64,000 bases of DNA, taken from Algoriphagus sp. GTDB taxonomy: Bacteria > Bacteroidota > Bacteroidia > Cytophagales > Cyclobacteriaceae. How positions within the stretch are numbered: the first letter of the stretch is position 1; each line of letters opens with the position of its first letter. Shown piece by piece: positions 30,701 to 39,346 of this stretch. Where the stretch lies: the NCBI GenBank assembly GCA_036676605.1, contig JAKFCO010000011.1, forward strand, positions 39,933-103,932, in the 5' to 3' direction. The position numbers and the translations under genes were made by a program. The notes under the pieces are model-generated. The model saw only the letters and a program-made list of their open reading frames with translations. It ran no database searches and had not been told where the DNA came from.

Positions 30701-31741
30701 ATGACAACAAAAGGAATATACATCTATGGGATTGTGCCGAACTTTTACAGTACGGATATGTTCAGATCATTGGAAAATTCAGGGGTTTATGCCATCCCCT
30801 TGCAAAACATATCTGCCATTGTTTCCGATAGGGAGAGTGCTCACATCGATTATTTAGACAGGGAAACCCTGGGATATTTGCTGGTTCATCATCAGAAAAC
30901 GATTGAAGGGCTCATGGAGAAAGGATTCAACATGCTTATCCCCATGCGGCTCGGTACGATTGTAAACTCAAAGGAAGAGGTTATTAAAATACTGGCAAAC
31001 GGCCATGATTTAATTATTGACACCCTGAAGAAAATTGAATACCTGACAGAAATTGACTTGGTGGTTACCTGGGCAGATTTTCCTGATCTCCTCACAGAGA
31101 TCGCTGGCCATCCCGAAATCATAGCAATGAAAGATAATATCCTGAAAAAGACAGACACACTTTCACAAATTGACCAGATGAAAGTAGGGATACTGGTTCA
31201 GTCAAAATTAAAAGAAAAAAACACAAAGGTTGAATTGAATATCCTGGATTCGTTGGCATCAATCAGTCTCGATATAAAAACACATGAGGTGATGAATGAC
31301 CAGATGGTAACCAATTCCGCGCTTCTTATTGACAGGAATAAAAAAGCAAAATTTGAACAGGTAATTGACCAGCTTGATGAAGAATACAAGGGGTTGTTGA
31401 ACTTCAAATTGGTCGGTCCTCTGCCGTGTTATAGTTTTTATACTATTGAAGTTAAAGAGCTGAATCCAGAGCATGTGGCACAGGCAAAAAAAGAACTTGA
31501 GCTGAGAGAAGAAACTTCGGAATCTGAAATAAAAAAAGCATATCTGAAAAAAGCAAAATTATTTCATCCCGATGCACATCAGGACAATGGCGACGAAGAA
31601 AACTTCAGCAGGATCAATAAGGCCTATCATACATTGCTTGATTATTCAGCGGGGGCAAGGCAATCATCGGAAGTGAATTTAATCTCTCTGGCAAAAGAAA
31701 AAGTGATTGAAAATTTGATTCTGGTAAAAATAAAGGAATAA
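30701..31741 (+). CDS. GvpL/GvpF family protein fused to a C-terminal J-domain
   Basis: GIYIYGI, VHHQKTIE, IPMRLGT, VGPLPCYSF; then EIKKAYLKKAKLFHPDA...INKAYHTL. Confidence 0.9.
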   Translation: MTTKGIYIYGIVPNFYSTDMFRSLENSGVYAIPLQNISAIVSDRESAHIDYLDRETLGYLLVHHQKTIEGLMEKGFNMLIPMRLGTIVNSKEEVIKILANGHDLIIDTLKKIEYLTEIDLVVTWADFPDLLTEIAGHPEIIAMKDNILKKTDTLSQIDQMKVGILVQSKLKEKNTKVELNILDSLASISLDIKTHEVMNDQMVTNSALLIDRNKKAKFEQVIDQLDEEYKGLLNFKLVGPLPCYSFYTIEVKELNPEHVAQAKKELELREETSESEIKKAYLKKAKLFHPDAHQDNGDEENFSRINKAYHTLLDYSAGARQSSEVNLISLAKEKVIENLILVKIKE

Positions 31742-31742
31742 T

Positions 31743-32516
31743 ATGCAACGCGACGGAAAGTACATTTATTGCATCATTGCATCGGATTACGACATCAATA
31801 TCGGGCCGATAGGAATAGGCGGACGTGGCGACCTGGTCTCCACCATCGGTTTCGATGGCTTGTGTATGGTGGTGAGCGACCATCCGCTCAGCAGGTTCGT
31901 AGTCAATCCCGAAAACATGCTGGCGCACCAAAAGGTGATCGAAATGGTGATGAAGGAATTCAGAAGTGTGATCCCAATCAGGTTTGGTACCATTGCGGCA
32001 ACCCCCGATGAAATACGGAACCTGCTGAACCGAAGATACAGCGAGTTTATGGAATTGCTCAGGCAGTTCGAAAACAAGGTAGAGCTCAATGTGAGGGGAA
32101 CCTGGAAAAACATGGGAATGATTTACAAGGAGATCGACAAGGAACATGCTGAGCTTCAAAAAATCAGAGCTGAAATAGAGAAAATTGATGATAAGGAAGA
32201 AAGAAACCTGAAAATTGCTGAAGCCGGAAATCTTGTAGCAAATGCGCTGATTGAAAAGAAAACGGAGGAGACAGAAACGATTATCGATGCTTTCCGCAAA
32301 TCGGTGTTCGAGTATAAACATAATAAAACGAGCGGAGATGCCATGTTTATTAATACCGCATTTCTTATGAACAGCGGCAGGGAGGTCGAATTCGACAACA
32401 TCATGACCGACATTGGCGCCAGATACGAGAATCGGAGCGATTTTGTATATACAGCCCCGTTGCCGATTTTTAATTTCATTGACCTGAAAATATTCCCCGA
32501 AAAATGGGAATTATAA
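31743..32516 (+). CDS. GvpL/GvpF family protein
   Basis: GKYIYCII, AHQKVIE, IPIRFGT, TAPLPIFNF. Confidence 0.92.
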   Translation: MQRDGKYIYCIIASDYDINIGPIGIGGRGDLVSTIGFDGLCMVVSDHPLSRFVVNPENMLAHQKVIEMVMKEFRSVIPIRFGTIAATPDEIRNLLNRRYSEFMELLRQFENKVELNVRGTWKNMGMIYKEIDKEHAELQKIRAEIEKIDDKEERNLKIAEAGNLVANALIEKKTEETETIIDAFRKSVFEYKHNKTSGDAMFINTAFLMNSGREVEFDNIMTDIGARYENRSDFVYTAPLPIFNFIDLKIFPEKWEL

Positions 32517-32538
32517 AATAATTTATATAACAACTGTT

Positions 32539-33321
32539 ATGAGCAACGAACTGGAAATACCGAAAGAAGGAAAATACATTTATGGGATTATCAGGCATGC
32601 AGGCCCCTTAGACTATGGTCCGATTGGCATGGGTAGACGGGCCGACTTGGTTTATGGGATCAATTTCAAAGATATCAGCGCCATCGTCAGTAATTCCCCG
32701 ATCATTCAATATGAAGCCAGAAGAGTGAACATGATCACCCATGAAAATGTACTTGAGGAAGTTATGAAACAATTTACGGTTCTTCCTGTTCGGTTTTCAA
32801 CCATCTCCGAGCATAATGATGACGCCGGAATCTTAAGAATCCTTGAAACAGAATATAAAAAATTCGATAGCCTGCTTAGTCAGATGGAAGGCAAGAAAGA
32901 ACTTGGACTCAAGGTACTTGCGCAGGAAGCTGCGATCTATGAAAGCATCATTGAAAAACATGATGAAATCAGGTCACTCAGAGGAAAATTGATAAACCTT
33001 CCTGCCGATAAAACCCATTACCAGCGCATGAAAATCGGCGAAATGGTCGCGGAAGCGCTTAAAAAGGAGACGGAAAATTATAAAAACAGTATCCTCGATG
33101 TTCTAAGCCCACTTACAGATGATGTGAAGATAAACGACAACTATGGAGAAATGATGATTCTCAATGCTGCATTTCTTGTTAAAAACACATCTGAACCCGT
33201 GTTTGACAAAGCGGTGAACGATTTGGATGAAAAATATGGCCGCTTTATGACCTTCAAATACGTAGGGACATTGCCACTATATAATTTTGTTAGCCTTGTA
33301 ATTAACACGAAAGGAGTTTAA
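32539..33321 (+). CDS. GvpL/GvpF family protein
   Basis: GKYIYGII, THENVLEEVM, LPVRFST, VGTLPLYNFV. Confidence 0.92.
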   Translation: MSNELEIPKEGKYIYGIIRHAGPLDYGPIGMGRRADLVYGINFKDISAIVSNSPIIQYEARRVNMITHENVLEEVMKQFTVLPVRFSTISEHNDDAGILRILETEYKKFDSLLSQMEGKKELGLKVLAQEAAIYESIIEKHDEIRSLRGKLINLPADKTHYQRMKIGEMVAEALKKETENYKNSILDVLSPLTDDVKINDNYGEMMILNAAFLVKNTSEPVFDKAVNDLDEKYGRFMTFKYVGTLPLYNFVSLVINTKGV

Positions 33322-33322
33322 T

Positions 33323-33559
33323 ATGTTTTTAATCGATAGCATACTGTTAGCCCCTTTAAAAGGAATTATTTTTATCGCAGAGAAAGTCAATGAGGTGATC
33401 AAGAAAGAAACGTCGGATGAAGGCACCATTAAAGAAAGGTTGATGGCATTGCAGCTGAAATTTGAGATGGATGAAATTGACGAAGAAGAATATGACAAAA
33501 GAGAAGATGAGATATTGAAATTACTGGAAAATATCAGAGCGGAGAAACAAAACAAATAG
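33323..33559 (+). CDS. gvpG: Gas vesicle protein GvpG
   Basis: MFLIDSILLAPLKG...LQLKFEMDEIDEEEYDKREDEIL. Confidence 0.92.
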   Translation: MFLIDSILLAPLKGIIFIAEKVNEVIKKETSDEGTIKERLMALQLKFEMDEIDEEEYDKREDEILKLLENIRAEKQNK

Positions 33560-33579
33560 TGAAATAAAAAAAAGAAAAA

Positions 33580-33852
33580 ATGAGTAATATTATCGATGTT
33601 AAAAAAGCAGTGGTTAAGTTCCTGAAAGAGAACATTAACGGTTATGACATAACGGTTATAAAAATTGAAAAAGTAAAAGAAATTTGGAATTCAGTGGCAG
33701 AAGTATATGAAGACGATTCATTTTTAAAATCAATGAACCTTCCGCCGAAAAAGGTACGGCTGTTCTATTCGGTCAGGATGGATGATAAACTTGAAATTAC
33801 ATCCTTCAAACGACATGATTCATTTGAAGGAATGGAAAGCACTGACGAGTAA
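33580..33852 (+). CDS. GvpO/GvpR-like gas vesicle protein
   Basis: W..VAEVYE...Y.V.MD....ITSFKR pattern resembles GvpO; in-operon. Confidence 0.6.
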   Translation: MSNIIDVKKAVVKFLKENINGYDITVIKIEKVKEIWNSVAEVYEDDSFLKSMNLPPKKVRLFYSVRMDDKLEITSFKRHDSFEGMESTDE

Positions 33853-33874
33853 TATTAATTAACGAATTCGTGTC

Positions 33875-34672
33875 ATGATAAATGATCTGATATATGTTTA
33901 TTGCCTATCATCACGCAGCCCTCTCGGGCTCGTACCCGACATGGAGTCCAGTGGCTTGGAATCTCTTATGTTCGATGATTTTTACGTGATCGTTAAATAT
34001 GTTTCTGAAAGTGAATTCTCTGAAGAAAACTTCAAAAAGAATTTATCAGATATTCTGTGGTTGGAATTAAATGCGCGGGAGCATATCAGGGTAATCACCG
34101 CGATCATGGAATATAGTACCGTAATCCCTTTTAAATTTGGCACTATCTATAATACTAAAGCCAGTTTGAAAAAATTCATCACGGATTATTCTGATTCATT
34201 GATCGAAAACTTCCATCATATCAAAGAAAAAGAAGAGTGGTCGGTTAAAATTTATTGCGATCGTAAAACACTGTGCGAACAAATTGACGAATTGAGCGAG
34301 GAAGCTGCTGCGCTGGAAAAGCAGATCATGGCAAGTTCGCCTGGGAAAGCATTTCTTTTAAAAATAAAAAAAACAGCCCTGATCGAAAACGAGATGGACA
34401 GGATTTGTAAGAACTACGGACAGGAGTATTATGATGAATTTAAAAATCTGAGCGAATCAACCGACCTCAACAACCTTCTTCCGAAAGAGTTTACCGAAAG
34501 AGAGTTTACCATGATCCTTAATGCCAGCTTTCTTGTAAGTAAAAACAAAGTGGCTGATTTTATTAGTACAGTCGACACACTGAGTAAAAAGGATGGAAAT
34601 TCCGGCATTTTTATTGAAGCAACCGGCCCCTGGCCACCATTTAGTTTTATCTCCATTAAAGAAAAACAATAA
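33875..34672 (+). CDS. GvpL/GvpF family protein
   Basis: LIYVYCL, EHIRVIT, IPFKFGT, TGPWPPFSF. Confidence 0.92.
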   Translation: MINDLIYVYCLSSRSPLGLVPDMESSGLESLMFDDFYVIVKYVSESEFSEENFKKNLSDILWLELNAREHIRVITAIMEYSTVIPFKFGTIYNTKASLKKFITDYSDSLIENFHHIKEKEEWSVKIYCDRKTLCEQIDELSEEAAALEKQIMASSPGKAFLLKIKKTALIENEMDRICKNYGQEYYDEFKNLSESTDLNNLLPKEFTEREFTMILNASFLVSKNKVADFISTVDTLSKKDGNSGIFIEATGPWPPFSFISIKEKQ

Positions 34673-34875
34673 TGCACAATAATGTAATCGACCGGTCTAA
34701 AGACATTACCATACTTGAATTGCTCGACAGAGTATTGAACAAAGGGGTCATCCTCAGCGGCGATATTGTAATTTCAGTAGCAGATGTCGACCTGGTATAT
34801 GTTGGCGTTAAGTTAATGTTAAGCTCAGTTGAAACAATGGAGCAATTAAGGTCCGGAAAGTCAGTAATTGTGTAG
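34672..34875 (+). CDS. GvpA/J family small protein (GvpS/GvpM-type)
   Basis: ILELLDRVLNKGVILSGDIVISVADVDLVYVGVKLMLSSVET. Confidence 0.88.
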   Translation: MHNNVIDRSKDITILELLDRVLNKGVILSGDIVISVADVDLVYVGVKLMLSSVETMEQLRSGKSVIV

Positions 34876-34877
34876 AC

Positions 34878-35633
34878 ATGGAAAAGATTATTTATTCCAT
34901 ATTATCCGTAAAAAGAAATCCTGAGAAGTTAAATGCTCTGTTGGTTGGGATGAAGGGCATTTCGGGTTCTGACTTATGTGCTGTTTCCTTTGATGAAATT
35001 ACTGCGGTTGTAAGCGATATTAATAGAACCAATTTAATCGCAGATAGATCCAATGCCATTGAATATGCAGGGGTGATCGAAAACCTTGCGCAACAATTTA
35101 CGGTTCTTCCCATGCGATATGGTTCCATAATGGAATCAACCGGATCAATTATTAAAATGCTCGAAAGAAATTATCATGAATTTCAACAAAATCTTCAGAA
35201 AGTTGAAAACAAGCGTGAATTCGGGCTAAAGATCTTTTGTGATTCCGAAAAATTACAGGCAGAACTGAGGGCAAAATCAGAGACCCATACCACTACACCT
35301 GCCAAACATGCCCCGGAAATCAAAAATTCAGTATACAGGGATTGGGTGAATAAAAAACTTAAGGAACATAGGCTTGAGGAATTGCTGCTAACATACGTTG
35401 ATTCGGTTATTGTAAAGATCACTGGATACCTTGACCGATTGAACGCGGTCAATAAATTCAAAAAAATGGCGACTGCTACGAATATAATCGATGCGGTTTT
35501 TTTACTTGATAAGGAGCGGAAAGATGCTTTGATTCAGGCGGTTGAAATTTTACAAAACCAATATCCAGGGCTAAACTTTGTCCTGACCGGGCCCTGGCCT
35601 CCGTATAATTTTGTGGAAATCAATATAAAGTAA
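34878..35633 (+). CDS. GvpL/GvpF family protein
   Basis: LPMRYGS, LTGPWPPYNFV. Confidence 0.88.
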   Translation: MEKIIYSILSVKRNPEKLNALLVGMKGISGSDLCAVSFDEITAVVSDINRTNLIADRSNAIEYAGVIENLAQQFTVLPMRYGSIMESTGSIIKMLERNYHEFQQNLQKVENKREFGLKIFCDSEKLQAELRAKSETHTTTPAKHAPEIKNSVYRDWVNKKLKEHRLEELLLTYVDSVIVKITGYLDRLNAVNKFKKMATATNIIDAVFLLDKERKDALIQAVEILQNQYPGLNFVLTGPWPPYNFVEINIK

Positions 35634-35641
35634 TCAGCACG

Positions 35642-35986
35642 ATGAGTGAAAATAAAATATTATTTAATACCGGATCGCTTGATGAGCTTTCGGAGGAGAT
35701 CGGGAAACTAACAAACAATGAAGAGTCCAAGCTAAAGTTAGGCCCAGACAATGCTGATTCCGGGCTGGCAAAACTGGTATTAACCCTGGTTGAACTCATT
35801 CGTAAATTGATTGAAAAGCAAGCCATGCGCAGAGTTGACGGCGGATCATTGACTGAAGATGAGATTGAACGGCTCGGCGAAACATTAATGAAACTTGAGC
35901 TGAAAATGGAAGAGCTGAAAAAGCACTTTAACCTCAACGACCGCGACTTAAACATCAATCTCGGTCCATTGGGCGATTTAATGTAA
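35642..35986 (+). CDS. gvpK: Gas vesicle protein GvpK
   Basis: GLAKLVLTLVELIRKLIEKQAMRR...IERLG...DLNINLGPLG. Confidence 0.95.
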   Translation: MSENKILFNTGSLDELSEEIGKLTNNEESKLKLGPDNADSGLAKLVLTLVELIRKLIEKQAMRRVDGGSLTEDEIERLGETLMKLELKMEELKKHFNLNDRDLNINLGPLGDLM

Positions 35987-36003
35987 AGAGCAATTTTGAT
36001 ACC

Positions 36004-37641
36004 ATGAAAAAGGATGACAAATCAGAAGCAGCAATCCTACGCCAAAAGGCGGAACAAGAATTAATCATTGCTAACAAAGAACCTCACTCTCAAAACGAGT
36101 ACAAGAAAGCAAAGCAAGCACTTCTCCGATCGGAGAAGAATTTCCGTCGTTCAATTTCAGAATCTCCTTTGGGCATACGTATTGTTTCTGTCGATGGAAA
36201 AATAATTTATTCCAATAAAGCCTTCCTTGATATTTATGGATTCAACAGCCTTGAAGAAATTGAAAGTATACCAGCAATAAATCTACACACTCCAGAAAGT
36301 TATGCGAAACATCAGGAAAGAAAAGAGAAAAGAAAAAATGGACATGAGGTATTTGATTATGAGATAAGTATTATATGTAAAAACGCGGAAATCCGCCATG
36401 TAAAAGTTTGGAGAAAAGAAGTTCTGTGGAATGGGATCAAGCATTATCAGGTAATTAATCTAAATATTACGGAACAAAAGAAGCTAATCATAGATCTGAT
36501 GGCAGCCAAAGAACACGCCGAAGAAAGCGACAGGCTGAAATCTGCATTCCTGGCCAATGTGAGTCACGAAATACGTACTCCCATGAATGGCATTCTGGGT
36601 TTTGCCGAAATACTTAAAGAACCAAAGTTAACAGGTAAAGAGCAGCAAGAGTATATCAGAATTATTGAGAAAAGCGCTGCCCGTATGCTCAATATCATCA
36701 ACGATATTGTTGATATTTCGAAAATAGAATCGGGCCTGATGAAAGTTAATGCGAAGGAGTCGAATGTAAACGAGCAAATCGAACACATTTATACCTTCTT
36801 CAAACCGGAGATTGAAGGGAAAGGAATGCAGTTTTTCTTTAAAAACAGCTTGCCGTTAAAAGAAGCCATCCTAAAAACAGACCACGAGAAAGTCTATGCC
36901 ATTCTCACCAACCTGGTTAAAAATGCAATTAAATTCAGCGATAAAGGTTCAATCGGATTGGGGTATGAGAAAAATGGGGAATACTTTGAGTTTTTTGTAA
37001 AAGACACCGGCATCGGTATTCCTAAAGACAGACAAAAAGCTATTTTTGACCGTTTTGTCCAGGCCGACATCAGCGATAAAAGAGCTTTTCAGGGAGCAGG
37101 ATTGGGATTATCCATTTCGAAAGCTTATGTGGAAATGCTGGGTGGCAAAATTTGGGTAGAAAGCGAAGTGAGTAAAGGCTCAATATTTTATTTTACCATT
37201 CCTTATAATGCAGAATTGGAAGAAAAAAATGTCATTCAGAATGTTATTTTGCCTGAAGGAGCAGATAATCAGATTAAAAACCTGAAAATATTAATTGCCG
37301 AAGACGATGAATTATCGGCAATTATTCTTGGCAATATAGTTCGACTATACGGCAAAGAAGTCATGAAAGCAGGAACCGGTGTGGAAGCGGTTGAAGCTTG
37401 CCGCAATAACCCTGACATCGATTTGGTTCTGATGGATATTAAAATGCCCGAAATGGACGGAGATGAAGCCACCAGACAAATACGTCAATTTAACAAAGAT
37501 GTGGTTATTATTGCCCAAACAGCTTTTGCACTGACTGGAGACCAGGAAAAGACAATAGCGGCAGGATGCAATGATTATATTTCAAAACCCATTAAGAAAG
37601 ATAAAATAATGGAGTTAATGAAGAAATATTTCCAAAAATAG
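36004..37641 (+). CDS. PAS-HisKA-HATPase-REC hybrid sensor kinase
   Basis: FLANVSHEIRTPMNG, NLVKNAIKF, GAGLGLS, LMDIKMP. Confidence 0.93.
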   Translation: MKKDDKSEAAILRQKAEQELIIANKEPHSQNEYKKAKQALLRSEKNFRRSISESPLGIRIVSVDGKIIYSNKAFLDIYGFNSLEEIESIPAINLHTPESYAKHQERKEKRKNGHEVFDYEISIICKNAEIRHVKVWRKEVLWNGIKHYQVINLNITEQKKLIIDLMAAKEHAEESDRLKSAFLANVSHEIRTPMNGILGFAEILKEPKLTGKEQQEYIRIIEKSAARMLNIINDIVDISKIESGLMKVNAKESNVNEQIEHIYTFFKPEIEGKGMQFFFKNSLPLKEAILKTDHEKVYAILTNLVKNAIKFSDKGSIGLGYEKNGEYFEFFVKDTGIGIPKDRQKAIFDRFVQADISDKRAFQGAGLGLSISKAYVEMLGGKIWVESEVSKGSIFYFTIPYNAELEEKNVIQNVILPEGADNQIKNLKILIAEDDELSAIILGNIVRLYGKEVMKAGTGVEAVEACRNNPDIDLVLMDIKMPEMDGDEATRQIRQFNKDVVIIAQTAFALTGDQEKTIAAGCNDYISKPIKKDKIMELMKKYFQK

Positions 37642-37671
37642 GGGAATAAATGCCAAACCAGACGACTACTG

Positions 37672-37815
37672 ATACCCTACAATGCTGAACTGGAAGAAAA
37701 ATTGTTGTCAAAAATGTTGTCTCGACTGATAGAGCTGATAATTAGATTAAAATGCTTGAAACGGAAGGATATGAAGCCCCCCAGACAAATCCGACAATTT
37801 AATAAAGGCCTGGTT
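37672..37815 (+). repeat. Degenerate partial duplicate of the preceding kinase 3' region
   Basis: ATACCCTACAATGCTGAACTGGAAGAAAAA resembles 37196-37230; CCAGACAAATCCGACAATTTAATAAAG resembles 37471-37498. Confidence 0.65.
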
Positions 37816-37842
37816 AAAGAACAAAGCTAAAAACCTTTCACA

Positions 37843-38526
37843 ATGAAGACACTGATATATGTTCCCATCATTCATTCAAGTGCCGACATGGGCTCCCTGG
37901 GGGAAGAACTTAAGCGCAAAACTGTTTCCGAACTTGGGGAAAATAAATGGCAAAAGCACGCCGATACTGTAAATGGTTACTGGGAAGCAATTGAATACTA
38001 TTTTGAAAACATTGATATCGCTATCAAGGGGATAAAAATATATCAGGACGGAATGTTTGTTGATGGTGATATGGCAATGAAAATCATAGACGAAGGCATC
38101 AAATCAGGAAGCAAAAATTCTGAAATTGTTTCAAAACTTATCGGTCGGGGGGCAATACTTATCAAGACAGAAGATTTTAAAATGGTCAAAGATGAATACG
38201 ATGGACTTCAATCTGTCTTAAAATCAAAAACCAATATTAAAAAACTCTTTCTACTGCTCAGGTATAAAATTTTAAAACCCATATTTTTATTGAGGAGGGA
38301 TAATTTTATTGCCGGCAGGATAGCTGAAACGTTGGACAAAAATGAAACAGGAATTCTTTTTATCGGGGCTTATCACAATATCATAAAAAAACTGCCCAAA
38401 GATATTACTGTGATTGAATTGAAAGAAATCGCAAAAATCCGAAAATATCAAAGAGCAATTCAATCTGATTCAAAAATTAAAACACTGCAACTTGAAAAAC
38501 TTACGGAATATCTGATTCAAAAATGA
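37843..38526 (+). CDS. Hypothetical protein with TraB/Tiki-like motifs
   Basis: N-terminal PIIHS and C-terminal RDNFIAGRI...ILFIGAYH. Confidence 0.55.
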   Translation: MKTLIYVPIIHSSADMGSLGEELKRKTVSELGENKWQKHADTVNGYWEAIEYYFENIDIAIKGIKIYQDGMFVDGDMAMKIIDEGIKSGSKNSEIVSKLIGRGAILIKTEDFKMVKDEYDGLQSVLKSKTNIKKLFLLLRYKILKPIFLLRRDNFIAGRIAETLDKNETGILFIGAYHNIIKKLPKDITVIELKEIAKIRKYQRAIQSDSKIKTLQLEKLTEYLIQK

Positions 38527-39190
38527 TAAAGATCTTAGCCATCGATGATAAGCGGAACAACCTGGTGGTTCTGACTGCGCTATTCTCCAGATCATTACTG
38601 CGGTGTCAGGCAGGGAGGGCATTGAAACCTGCAAAAGACTGAAAGAGGACAATTTTCTGAAGCGGATTCCGGTAATCATTATCACCGCAACCAAATCCGA
38701 TAGCAAAACCCGCACAAAAGCGTTGGAAACGGGTGTAGAAGTATTCCTGTCAAAACCCATCGATGAAGCGGAGCTGACAGCATAGGTTTCTTGCATGCTT
38801 CGTATTAAAAGATCGGAAGACAAGGTAATACAAGATAACGAACGGGTTGAAGCGCTTGTTCATGAACGGACAAAAGGGATGGAAGAGAGCAAACGAGCTG
38901 CCTTGAATTTATTGGAAGATTTAAAAACTGAAATGGAGCGTCGTAGGTTGTCGGAAGAGGTGCTGAAGCATAGCCAAGAGCAGTTTCTCAATCTCTATAA
39001 CAATGCGCCTGTCGGTCTCTATCGGACAACCCCGGATGAAAAAAAATGGTTCTAAATGGATCCGTACAGAGGCGCTGAGAAATTTGCCGGGCAGAAAAAG
39101 CCTGACATGGTCCTGATCACGGATATCCACGGGGTAATGCTCGATTCGGTCCGCTTGAGAAAGCGCTATACCTCCTTAAAACAATGGTAA
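38523..39190 (+). pseudogene. Broken hybrid response regulator/PAS kinase fragments
   Basis: MIKILAIDD start, frameshift, SKPIDEAELTA-TAG-VSCMLRIKR, PAS start LYNNAPVGLYRT, further REC fragment KPDMVLITDI. Confidence 0.7.
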
Positions 39191-39346
39191 AATAACTGCT
39201 GTTTTTGGGCAAAAAAGCACCTCAGAATATGGCTAAAACCACTTTTTATACACACTTTGCTATATAGAATACAGGGAAAAGGACTATAAAAAACCCTGCC
39301 AAGAGTCCTTGTTGGCCATCTCCAAAAAAAAATGCTATTTTTCTCC

